In this document: positions 11,314 through 21,795 of the stretch, piece after piece
Position numbering within the stretch: the stretch's first letter is position 1
How the letters are laid out: the number at the start of each line of letters is the position of its first letter
Assembly (NCBI RefSeq): GCF_001194135.2
Contig: NC_068982.1
Span: forward strand, 73,717,803-73,759,891
Origin: Octopus bimaculoides
Lineage: Eukaryota
Reading direction: 5' to 3'
DNA length: 42,089 nucleotides
Position numbers and translations under genes: made by a program
Notes under the pieces: model-generated
The model's database searches: none
The model's input: the letters and a program-made list of their open reading frames with translations, nothing else
Told to the model about the DNA's origin: nothing

Positions 11314-13177
11314 NNNNNNNNNNNCAAAGATAAGGCACGTGTAAGGTAATGTCAAGGCCCAAGTTAGAACGCTTGGAGTAAAAATTTCTGAAAAAAAATT
11401 AAAACAAAAAAATTTACTAAATTTTTAACATAAACATTTAATATTAAAAATGTTAATTTTATTGTTAAATTGTTTTATTTTTCCAATCTGTGTTTTAATT
11501 TTTTTGAGACTCTATTAAATTGAGCGATAGCAGAACCTATTACATACTTTTTGTTTTATTTCCTATTTTTAAATATATCATATTTTTCATCTTGCTAAAA
11601 TTTTAAAATAGTTTTCAATTCTTTAAATCAAGTTAATAATTCCTAGTATGTTACTATAATGATTTGATAATGTTTCAGCATGTCTCTTGATTTTTAAGAA
11701 TCACATTATTTCATATATATGAAAACTGTTGATCAAACTTGTTCATAATCTAATAACTGAAAAAGATGTGTGTCTTTACGCGATAATAATATCCAAGCTT
11801 TAAACCAATGGGTCTTAACCTGAGTCTTGTTGTAACAAAAACAAAAAAAACAAAAACAAAATAAAGGCAAATGTTAGAGCTATAATTCAGAATTAGTGAA
11901 GATTTTGAGGGATATGAAGTGTGTGTGTGTGTGTGTGTGGGGTGGTGGATAAGTACAGAAAATGGTAAGCGGCGCTAAGATAGTAGAATAAGAAAACTAA
12001 AAGTATAAGGCGATACTTTTGCATTTTTTCATAAACTTCTCATTATTTGACCATGCTCTCATTAAAAGAATAACAAATATAATTAGAGAAATTCCTGCTT
12101 TTTCTCAAGGACTCGCCCCCGCCTTGGAAATTACTGATATGCCACAGATTAAGAACCACTGCTTAAATTGAATAGCAGCGGTCATACATCTCACTGTAAA
12201 CATAAGNNNNNNNNNNNNNNNNNNNNNNNNNNNNNNNNNNNNNNNNNNNNNNNNNNNNNNNNNNNNNNNNNNNNNNNNNNNNNNNNNNNNNNNNNNNNNN
12301 NNNNNNNNNNNNNNNNNNNNNNNNNNNNNNNNNNNNNNNNNNNNNNNNNNNNNNNNNNNNNNNNNNNNNNNNNNNNNNNNNNNNNNNNNNNNNNNNNNNN
12401 NNNNNNNNNNNNNNNNNNNNNNNNNNNNNNNNNNNNNNNNNNNNNNNNNNNNNNNNNNNNNNNNNNNNNNNNNNNNNNNNNNNNNNNNNNNNNNNNNNNN
12501 NNNNNNNNNNNNNNNNNNNNNNNNNNNNNNNNNNNNNNNNNNNNNNNNNNNNNNNNNNNNNNNNNNNNNNNNNNNNNNNNNNNNNNNNNNNNNNNNNNNN
12601 NNNNNNNNNNNNNNNNNNNNNNNNNNNNNNNNNNNNNNNNNNNNNNNNNNNNNNNNNNNNNNNNNNNNNNNNNNNNNNNNNNNNNNNNNNNNNNNNNNNN
12701 NNNNNNNNNNNNNNNNNNNNNNNNNNNNNNNNNNNNNNNNNNNNNNNNNNNNNNNNNNNNNNNNNNNNNNNNNNNNNNNNNNNNNNNNNNNNNNNNNNNN
12801 NNNNNNNNNNNNNNNNNNNNNNNNNNNNNNNNNNNNNNNNNNNNNNNNNNNNNNNNNNNNNNNNNNNNNNNNNNNNNNNNNNNNNNNNNNNNNNNNNNNN
12901 NNNNNNNNNNNNNNNNNNNNNNNNNNNNNNNNNNNNNNNNNNNNNNNNNNNNNNNNNNNNNNNNNNNNNNNNNNNNNNNNNNNNNNNNNNNNNNNNNNNN
13001 NNNNNNNNNNNNNNNNNNNNNNNNNNNNNNNNNNNNNNNNNNNNNNNNNNNNNNNNNNNNNNNNNNNNNNNNNNNNNNNNNNNNNNNNNNNNNNNNNNNN
13101 NNNNNNNNNNNNNNNNNNNNNNNNNNNNNNNNNNNNNNNNNNNNNNNNNNNNNNNNNNNNNNNNNNNNNNNNNNNNA

Positions 13178-13240
13178 GAAGAAGAAGAAGAAGAAGAAGA
13201 AGAAGAAGAAGAAGAAGAAGAAGAAGAAGAAGAAGAAGAA
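13178..13240. repeat. (GAA)n microsatellite
   Basis: Direct reading. Confidence 0.97.
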
Positions 13241-14024
13241 GATATGATGGAATTGAGATGTGCAAAAGTAAAAGTAGGATGAGAGAGAGGGGTAGAGGGA
13301 GAGGATGAGAGTGATAAAGAAGGAGAGAGGGAAAGCAAGGGAGGAAGAGAGAGAGGGGGTACAGGAGATATAAATAGAGATGAAGTGTATATGAAATGTG
13401 CATGTGTGTTAGTATAGGTGTTTGCGTGTGTGTGGTGCAGACGATTATATATGTCAATACATTTTCCTGTATGCATGTGCGGTTATGTGTGCAAGTGTGT
13501 GTGTGTGTGCGTGTGTGTGTGTGTGTGCGTGTGTGTGTGTGTATCTGCGTGATTGTTTGATTGCTGTTTCTGTGTATGTGTGAATGTGTGTATCTATGTC
13601 CACCTCTACGCGAGTGTGGTTGAGTGTAGGAGCGAGTACGTATGCATGTTTCTATGTATATTCCAGTATATAGGTGTGCGTGTGTATGTATATGTATGTG
13701 TAAAAAAAGTAGGTCAGATAATTTTACAAAATCAGGTGTATACACAAGTGAATGCATATGCTGTATACGTATTTTTTTTTAATGTATGTACATGTGTGAG
13801 TGAATGTGTGCGTTCGTGTATGTACGTTTATGAATAATGTACGTGAGGAACCATTGGTATAGCAGTGGGATAAGTTATGAAAGTATGTGTAGGTGGTACA
13901 ACACGGCAATGAAGTATGTCAGAAGTAGTGGGATGTGAAGTAGATGACGCGTGCGCGTGTGCAAATATTTACAAATAGTCATAAACAGGTTTAAGCATAC
14001 ATACATAAAGGCTAAGTTTCCCTT

Positions 14025-14306
14025 CCAAGGAACAAGCCCAGGCAAGATTGTTTGTGGAAGACCAGCTGTCGCGCATGCATACCAGCCCCCCCCCTCTTCA
14101 CGCCACCGATGTTATTCAAGGGAAAGGCAAAATGCCGATACAGCTTGTCACCAGTGACGCCGCGGCTCATTTCTACAGCTGAGTGAACTGAAGCAACGTG
14201 AAATAAAGTGTCTTGCTCAAGAACACAACACAGCCGGTCCGGGAATCGAACTCACTAGCTCATGATTGTGAGCCCGACGCTATAACCACTAAGCCATGCG
14301 CCTTCA
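14025..14306 (-). mobile_element. tRNA-derived SINE, family C
   Basis: Minus strand A box TGGCTTAGTGG (14296-14286) and B box GAGTTCGATTCCC (14253-14241), followed by a TGTTCTTGAGCAAGACACTTTATTTC body. No tRNA 3' acceptor arm. Confidence 0.85.
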
Positions 14307-14747
14307 TTCATACACATATACGCGCGCGCGCATATTGATATATAAGGGGTAAGATCCAAGAATCCAAGTGTAGGAAGTTTATAAGCTTCAAGCAGTCCGT
14401 GGTAGGTATAGAGAGCAAAAACTGGACAGTGTACGCTAAGGAACAATAATAATTGATTGGCATCAAAATTTCACACTTTTCCCCATATCACAACTTACAA
14501 GGAAATTAGATACACCGATAGTTTCATTATAGATCTCGGTTAGCGACTAGAGTTGCTATAAATGCGAATAAAGATCCAAATTGTGCGAGTGAAGCGGGTG
14601 AGCGATACACGTTACCAGAATCTCCGAGTCAAGTCCAATAGAACAAATCATTTCAAATACTAGTTATAGTATTCGTGTAGGGAGTTACGCCTAGGTAGAT
14701 TGTACTGGCATAAAGTCGTATATGTACAATAAACCTTTCTACTATAG

Positions 14748-14947
14748 GCATAAGGCCTGGAATTTGTGGGCAGGGGACTAGTTGATTACATCGACCCCAG
14801 TACTTAACTGGTTCTTAATTTATTGACCCCGAAAGGATGAAAGGCAAAGTTGATCTCGGCGGAATTTGAACTCACAACGTAGCGGCCGGCGAAATACCGC
14901 GAAGCATTTCGCCCGGCGTGCTAACGATTCTGCCAGCTCACCGCCTT
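14748..14947 (-). mobile_element. tRNA-derived SINE, family B
   Basis: Minus strand GGCGGTGAGCTGGCAGAATCGTTAGC (A-box-like) and GAGTTCAAATTCC (B box), then CTTTGCCTTTCATCCTTTCGGGGTC. Homologs at 20294, 21128 and 22320. Confidence 0.85.
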
Positions 14948-14959
14948 GTTCGTATTCCT

Positions 14960-15187
14960 TTACTCTTTCATTTGTTTTAGTCATTTGACTGCGGCCATGC
15001 TGGAGCACCGCCTTTAGTCGAACAAATCGATCCCAGGACTTATTCTTTGTAAGTCTAATACTTATTCTATCAGTCTTTTTGCCGAACCGCTAATTTATGG
15101 GGACGTAAACACCAGCATTGGTTGTCAAGTGATGGTGGGGNNNNNNNNNNNNNNNNNNNNNNNNNNNNNNNNNNNNNNNNNNNNNNN

Positions 15188-15240
<53 letters not shown>

Positions 15241-15373
15241 CTTCTTTCAGTTTCCGTCTACCAAATCCACTCACAATGCTTTGGTCGGCCCGTGGAGACT
15301 TGCCCAAGGTGCCACGCAGTGGGACTAAACTCGGAACCATGTAGTTGGTAAGCAAGTTAGTTACCACACAGCC
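14960..15373 (-). mobile_element. SINE family A, full length, with internal (CA)n tract and gap
   Basis: Head GGCTGTGTGGTAA...GGTTCCGAGTTTAGTCCC (A/B-box-like), central microsatellite, tail GCAGTCAAATGACTAAAAC. Confidence 0.9.
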
Positions 15374-15572
15374 TGGAGTAAAACCAAGTAACGATATTTT
15401 GAATGAATTTTGCACACACGTTTCAGATGATTGCGCAATAAATGAAAAGGGAGTTTAATCACTTACGCAAATTCTTCCTCAGTTATGGCATATCAAACTA
15501 TTCTGGAAGATTTTGTGTCAGAGATTAAATTAAATGCATTCAAAATATCATTACTTGGTTTATTGGTTTGAT

Positions 15573-15647
<75 letters not shown>

Positions 15648-15707
15648 AAAATAAGACAAGGTAGAAAATGCTAAAATAATGTCATCATGAAATACACTTT
15701 GTAATGG

Positions 15708-15746
15708 TCAGTACTGGTTTCTGTCTTTTCGACCTTTTTCAACTGA
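15708..15746 (-). ncRNA. Degenerate hammerhead ribozyme relic
   Basis: Minus strand TCAG-TTGAAAA-AGGTCGAAAAGACA-GAAAC-CA-GTA-CTGA: helix I TCAG/CTGA, helix II GTC/GAC, GUA site. The core differs from CUGANGA at two positions. Confidence 0.4.
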
Positions 15747-15910
15747 GTAAAACAATGGTGCATATCAATTAAGAAGAAAAACAATTAAGCTGAAGAAAAA
15801 ATTAAATGAAATGTTTTGTAAATATTTCCATAGTCTTCAAATAGGTGGGACATTTTCCTTTTTCCTGTGTCTCTCACTTTTTTCTTTTGTGACGGTTCGT
15901 AAGGTAGGTA

Positions 15911-15942
15911 TGTGTATGTATGTATGTATGTATGTATGTATG

Positions 15943-15970
<28 letters not shown>
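15911..15970. repeat. (TATG)n microsatellite
   Basis: Direct reading. Confidence 0.97.
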
Positions 15971-15972
<2 letters not shown>

Positions 15973-15976
<4 letters not shown>

Positions 15977-16309
15977 TAATTGAAAAAACTGGAGTCAACA
16001 AGAAAGAATACGGTTGGACATTTATTTTTTAATCACTACTATTATTCCACGCAACGTAGTTCTCCAGGTGTGCAGGTACTTGATTATGCAACCGCTTCCC
16101 TACATTATGAGATCTAGTTGTATTTCCTCAGGCGATATGTAAATATTGGCTGAAGAAATACAACTAGATCTCATAATGCAGAGAAGCGGTTGCATAATCA
16201 AGTACCTGCACACCTGGAGAACTACGTTGCGTAGAAATAATTGTACTGATTAAAAAATAAATGTTCAACCGTACTCTGTCTTGTTGACTCCAATTTTTTC
16301 AGTTATATT
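15973..16309. repeat. Long near-perfect palindrome (fold-back element), 337 bp
   Basis: Arms of about 165 bp pair almost to the centre (loop GTAA, 16139-16142), e.g. CGCAACGTAGTTCTCCAGGTGTGCAGGTACTTGATTATGCAACCGCTTC and its exact reverse complement. Confidence 0.95.
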
Positions 16310-16366
16310 ATTAATATCGAATACTAATAACCAGTTGCTAGAACTCAATATATGTATGCTTTAGGG

Positions 16367-17153
16367 CAGTGGCTCCCAAACATTTTTAGAGACGTGACCC
16401 ACTATTTATGACACCAGTTTATGGCGACCCACTTAACTCTACTGGGTAAAACCATTAATGAAAGAAACAAATTTATTTCAGATTACATTTTCATTGAGGC
16501 CTGTGAGGAGGATGAGCCTGTTTCTTGCTACGCTCAATAATAGAATTAACATCAGGTTCAATGCGTGATAGTTTCAGCCGTGTGGAGGCGCAATGGCCCA
16601 GTGGTTAGGGCAGCGGACTCGCGGTCATAGGATTGCGATTTCGATTCCCAGACCAGGCATTGTGAGTGTTTATTGAGCGAAAACACCTAAAGCTCCACGA
16701 GGCTCCGGCAGGGGATGGTGGTGAACCCTGCTGNNNNNNNNNNNNNNNNNNNNNNNNNNNNNNNNNNNNNNNNNNNNNNNNNNNNNNNNNNNNNNNNNNN
16801 NNNNNNNNNNNNNNNNNNNNNNNNNNNNNNNNNNNNNNNNNNNNGTTAAGGGTACACGTGTCTGTGGAGTGGTCAGCCACTTGCACGTTAATTTCACGAG
16901 CAGGCTGTTCTGTTGATCGGATCAACTGGAACCCTCGAGGTCGTAAGCGACGAAGTGCCAACAACAGTTTCAGCCGTAAAGAACTTGAGAGCTGCAGTTT
17001 ATTTCGAAATTTGATTTTAATCTTAACCATTGCTGAATCTCGATAGACAGCAGTTAATCAAAGCTAATGCGTAATGTTATAACTTTTTGCAACCCACTAG
17101 GATTCCGTTCGCGACCCATCAGTGGGTCGCGACTCATAGTTTCGAAACCACAG
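16367..17153 (-). mobile_element. Non-autonomous hAT (Charlie-type) deletion derivative
   Basis: TIRs CAGTGGCTCCCAAAC / GTTTCGAAACCACAG (11/15). TSD CTTTAGGG (16359-16366) / CTTTAGAG (17154-17161). Retains the transposase C-terminus KIKIKFRNKL..SLRLKLSRIEPDVNSII..KKQAHPPH. Confidence 0.85.
16582..16965 (+). mobile_element. tRNA-derived SINE, family D, nested in the hAT element
   Basis: A box TGGCCCAGTGG, B-box-like GATTTCGATTCCC, (AAC) tail, perfect 12-bp TSD AGTTTCAGCCGT (16570-16581 and 16966-16977). Confidence 0.92.
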
Positions 17154-17204
17154 CTTTAGAGTAAAGTGTTAGGCGAGTACTCCGCGATATATTAATTAAC
17201 GAAA

Positions 17205-17442
17205 GACAAAAGAACAAGAGTTTGGTAATCACCTTCAATAGTTTGCAGCTTTTCTGCTATAAGAGCTGAGTGCATGTGCAACATCCTTTGTCTTCTTCAG
17301 AGCCATTAAAGCGAAGTCTTCAATTTAATGTCTCTGAGAAAGCTATAGACTATTGCACAAGCACTCACCTCTGAGTGGACTTCTTAAAGCAGAAACTGCT
17401 GTGAGCTAATGAAAGTGATAACGTAACTCCTGTTCTTTTGTC
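17205..17442. repeat. Diverged palindrome (fold-back element), about 240 bp
   Basis: GACAAAAGAACAAGAG../..CTCCTGTTCTTTTGTC, TGAGTGCATGTGCAA/TTGCACAAGCACTCA and CAGAGCCATTAAA/TTTAATGTCTCTG pair in register. Confidence 0.85.
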
Positions 17443-17704
17443 ATTTATTAATTGTTATGTATGCAAATGTAGTGTGTGCGCGTGAGAGAAAGAGAGTATG
17501 TATTTATATCGAAATGCAAGGGTTGAAAATTATTTAAGATATATTTTACGTAATTCAAACATTATCTGATATAGAACTTAATACACTGGGTAGATGGATC
17601 GATATGTTTATTATATCGAAGGTTATGTCTGCTCTGAGTTTTTCCACAACAATCATAAACAGGTGACCTGAACGAAACTCTTGAGAAGATTGTCAACATT
17701 TGAT

Positions 17705-17707
<3 letters not shown>

Positions 17708-17767
<60 letters not shown>
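17708..17767. repeat. (CA)n microsatellite at a gap edge
   Basis: Direct reading. Confidence 0.97.
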
Positions 17768-18904
17768 NNNNNNNNNNNNNNNNNNNNNNNNNNNNNNNNN
17801 NNNNNNNNNNNNNNNNNNNNNNNNNNNNNNNNNNNNNNNNNNNNNNNNNNNNNNNNNNNNNNNNNNNNNNNNNNNNNNNNNNNNNNNNNNNNNNNNNNNN
17901 NNNNNNNNNNNNNNNNNNNNNNNNNNNNNNNNNNNNNNNNNNNNNNNNNNNNNNNNNNNNNNNNNNNNNNNNNNNNNNNNNNNNNNNNNNNNNNNNNNNN
18001 NNNNNNNNNNNNNNNNNNNNNNNNNNNNNNNNNNNNNNNNNNNNNNNNNNNNNNNNNNNNNNNNNNNNNNNNNNNNNNNNNNNNNNNNNNNNNNNNNNNN
18101 NNNNNNNNNNNNNNNNNNNNNNNNNNNNNNNNNNNNNNNNNNNNNNNNNNNNNNNNNNNNNNNNNNNNNNNNNNNNNNNNNNNNNNNNNNNNNNNNNNNN
18201 NNNNNNNNNNNNNNNNNNNNNNNNNNNNNNNNNNNNNNNNNNNNNNNNNNNNNNNNNNNNNNNNNNNNNNNNNNNNNNNNNNNNNNNNNNNNNNNNNNNN
18301 NNNNNNNNNNNNNNNNNNNNNNNNNNNNNNNNNNNNNNNNNNNNNNNNNNNNNNNNNNNNNNNNNNNNNNNNNNNNNNNNNNNNNNNNNNNNNNNNNNNN
18401 NNNNNNNNNNNNNNNNNNNNNNNNNNNNNNNNNNNNNNNNNNNNNNNNNNNNNNNNNNNNNNNNNNNNNNNNNNNNNNNNNNNNNNNNNNNNNNNNNNNN
18501 NNNNNNNNNNNNNNNNNNNNNNNNNNNNNNNNNNNNNNNNNNNNNNNNNNNNNNNNNNNNNNNNNNNNNNNNNNCCCCCCCCCCCGCATTCAAACAGTGT
18601 TCCTTCATTGTGACCCCCATCGCCGATAATCTACTGATTAAAAATAGTACAAACTAACTTTCTTCGTCGATTGTGGTGATTATTAATTTCTCTAGTGATA
18701 TATAACGAACTAGAATAGATATTTTTGCAAGCTTAATTTTGACATGAGGATTAACGAGGATATATCTAATATACTCAGTAACCAAGACGTCAGAACGCGT
18801 AGGTGTGAGGTCGAAAGACCTGTTCGTTTTCTGTCCGAAATGTCTTCTTATAAATGACATACATATATATATATATGCATGCGTATATCTGTCCATCCAG
18901 CATT

Positions 18905-19130
18905 GTTTTTACTTTTCTGTTATATATGTTTCAGTCATTGGTCTGCAGCCATGCTAGGCAACGCCTTGAAGGATTTAGTCGAACAAAGCAGCCGCAATAC
19001 TTATTTTATTGTAAGGCTGGTACTTATTTTTATAGGTCTATTTTGCCGACAAAGTAAGCTACAAGGACATAAACAAACGAACACTGGTTGTCAAGCAATG
19101 GTGGGGGGAAAACACAAACACGAAGACAAA
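18905..19130 (-). mobile_element. SINE family A, diverged 3' half followed by (CA)/(TA) tracts
   Basis: TTTCAGTCATTGGTCTGCAGCCATGCT...ACACTGGTTGTCAAGCAATGGTGGGG matches the other copies. Confidence 0.85.
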
Positions 19131-19234
19131 CACACATATATAAACATACATACATGCACACACACACACACACTAACCAACACAAACGCTCACATACACA
19201 CGTACACACACATACATATATGTGCATATATATA

Positions 19235-19287
<53 letters not shown>

Positions 19288-19309
19288 TACATACATCTAT
19301 ATATATGTG

Positions 19310-19354
<45 letters not shown>

Positions 19355-19696
19355 ATATATAAANNNNNNNNNNNNNNNNNNNNNNNNNNNNNNNNNNNNN
19401 NNNNNNNNNNNNNNNNNNNNNNNNNNNNNNNNNNNNNNNNNNNNNNNNNNNNNNNNNNNNNNNNNNNNNNNNNNNNNNNNNNNNNNNNNNNNNNNNNNNN
19501 NNNNNNNNNNNNNNNNNNNNNNNNNNNNNNNNNNNNNNNNNNNNNNNNNNNNNNNNNNNNNNNNNNNNNNNNNNNNNNNNNNNNNNNNNNNNNNNNNNNN
19601 NNNNNNNNNNNNNNNNNNNNNNNNNNNNNNNNNNNNNNNNNNNNNNNNNNNNNNNNNNNNNNNNNNNNNNNNNNNNNNNNNNNNNNNNNNNNNNNN

Positions 19697-19765
<69 letters not shown>

Positions 19766-19829
19766 CGCGCGCGTGCATGCAAAGTTACGTAGTAGACAGA
19801 AACATGCCAAATTATCTATTTCTCCGTAG

Positions 19830-19862
19830 ATTGTTAAAAACGATGAACAGCTTACGGAAGAG
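19830..19862 (+). other. Candidate 33-nt micro-exon (unverified)
   Basis: TTATCTATTTCTCCGTAG | ATTGTT...GAAGAG | GTAAGC. Open in two frames (IVKNDEQLTEE or LLKTMNSLRK). No homology recognised. Confidence 0.3.
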
Positions 19863-20194
19863 GTAAGCGAATTATAGCATTAGTTCCATCTTCTCAGCCT
19901 CCCCTTCTCAGATCTTAGCGTGCGACTTCATTCCTAGTACCCATATACATCACGAAAGCTAATATACAGTATGTTGATACACAGTATAAAGGGTATACCA
20001 CATAACTAATTCCTATTCTGGAACCGTAGCAATATGATATTTTAAAACATAGGACTGCTTTATCGAACATCTTCCACTTAACCTAGTTGGAGAAAAAAAA
20101 ATTACGAAAGATTTGTTTGAACATGTTATTGTTGTTGTCGTTACAGTTAGTGATGTTAAATCGAGCGCGGATTATGTCGAACATTCAAAATAGG

Positions 20195-20420
20195 CGACGG
20201 CGGGATTTGAATTTAGAACGCAAAAACTGAAACTAATGCCACATACGTTCGGTTCGATGTTCTTACTGTTTCGCTAAGCAACCTTCCTGGATTGGTACTT
20301 ATTTTATCGACTCCGAAATGGTGGAGAAAACAGTGGTCACCATGGCGGGATATGAACTCAGAAGGTAAAGAAATATCACGCGGTGCTTTATTAATACTAA
20401 GGAGGCTGCCAATTCGATGT
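20195..20420 (-). mobile_element. Two degenerate SINE family B-like head/body fragments
   Basis: GCGGGATTTGAATTTAGAACG (20205-20225 region) and GGTACTTATTTTATCGACTCCGAAA..GGCGGGATATGAACTCAGAA resemble 14800-14945. Confidence 0.6.
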
Positions 20421-20579
20421 GCTGACTTCACCATCGTCAGGCATATTCTGGCATATATTAATATCAGACTTGCAAATGGAAGACATCCGACAAATTGTCA
20501 GAAAGTTCGTAAATAAAGGAGCAAGAGTTAGCAACAAAACCAAATGATTAGAAGCTATATTTTAGACGAGTTGAGCAAA

Positions 20580-20625
20580 ATGATGATGATGACGACGATG
20601 ACGACGACGGCGACAATGATGATGA

Positions 20626-20659
<34 letters not shown>

Positions 20660-20869
20660 GGTGATGGTGGTGGTGGTGGTGATGGTGATGGTGGTGGTGA
20701 TGGTGGTGNNNNNNNNNNNNNNNNNNNNNNNNNNNNNNNNNNNNNNNNNNNNNNNNNNNNNNNNNNNNNNNNNNNNNNNNNNNNNNNNNNNNNNNNNNNN
20801 NNNNNNNNNNNNNNNNNNNNNNNNNNNNNNNNNNNNNNNNNNNNNNNNNNNNNGCGACAATGATGATGA

Positions 20870-20903
<34 letters not shown>

Positions 20904-20945
20904 GGTGATGGTGGTGGTGGTGGTGGTGGTGGTGGTGGTGGGATG
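20580..20945. repeat. (GAT)n/(GGT)n trinucleotide tracts around a gap
   Basis: Direct reading. Confidence 0.95.
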
Positions 20946-21127
20946 GTGTACCCCTATCATACGGGTGGTCATGATGTGTATATTGGGCTTCGTATATTTG
21001 TATCTCAGTGTCACTATGATGGCACTATAATGATGATGATGATGATGATGCAGTTGATGATGATGATTGTTTCTATTATAGGCACAAGACCAGCAATTTC
21101 AGTAGATGGGATAAGTCTATTACACGA

Positions 21128-21235
21128 TCTCAGTACTTGACTGGGACTTATTTTATCGACCTCCCCTCCCCCTCCAAAGGATGAAAGGTAAACTCAACCT
21201 CGGCGGAATTTGAAGTTAGATCGGCGTGCTAATAA
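21128..21235 (-). mobile_element. SINE family B fragment
   Basis: AAAGGATGAAAGGTAAACTCAACCTCGGCGGAATTTGAA matches 14830-14872. Confidence 0.75.
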
Positions 21236-21795
21236 TTGCAACTGAGTTAAATACAGAAAAAAAAAGAAAGAAAGAAAAAGAAAAAGACAGAATGCATTTA
21301 ATCAAAAGATCGAATAAAATGGTCAGAAACCACATGCAGGAGCTTTGCAGATTTAAATATAACACAGTTATAAATATGGATGTGTCAGAAGAATTTTCTA
21401 AATTGAGCAACGAATTTGATATCACTGAATGATAACCTCTTCCCTTTCAGACACCTTGGCACTTCAAGTGGTCGGAACTTCGCCAATTCTAAGCGTAACT
21501 ATACTCTTGGCAGCGAATGTACTTCACCTCTTGACTCGTCCACGAAAGCAAAGTGGATAAGTGAAACAAAGTGCAATAAAGTCACCTAGGTAGTTTCTAC
21601 GTATACCGCCTAAACCCTACTATATATATATGTGTGTGTGTGTGTGCGTGCGCGCGTGCGCGTGTGTGCGTGTACTTTTATATATATTTTGTATTATATA
21701 TGTATATATATATATATTAATAGTAATGGTAAGACAACAAAAGAATGAATGAGACCTCGATATTATGTAAATAGAGGAATTTATCTGAATTATAC

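Larger units (their letters stand above)
8972..12161 (-). mobile_element. Full-length hAT (Charlie/Buster-type) DNA transposon relic
   Basis: TIRs CAGTGGTTCTTAACC (8972-8986) and GATTAAGAACCACTG (12147-12161), 14/15 match. Flanks CTCTAAAT / CTTAAATT look like a degenerate 8-bp TSD. CGCCC-type subterminal motifs at both ends; transposase inside. Confidence 0.8.

Noticed and set aside
14240-14306. tRNA genes at the tRNA-like heads (also 14870-14947, 15310-15373, 16582-16650)
   Set aside because: A/B boxes run into repeat bodies, there is no closing acceptor stem, and copies are dispersed or have TSDs, so these are SINEs.
19830-19862. Calmodulin/troponin C N-terminus (DEQLTEE resembles DQLTEE)
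   Set aside because: Match is too short and no EF-hand exon (QIAEFKEAF-like) was found in the sequenced part of the window.
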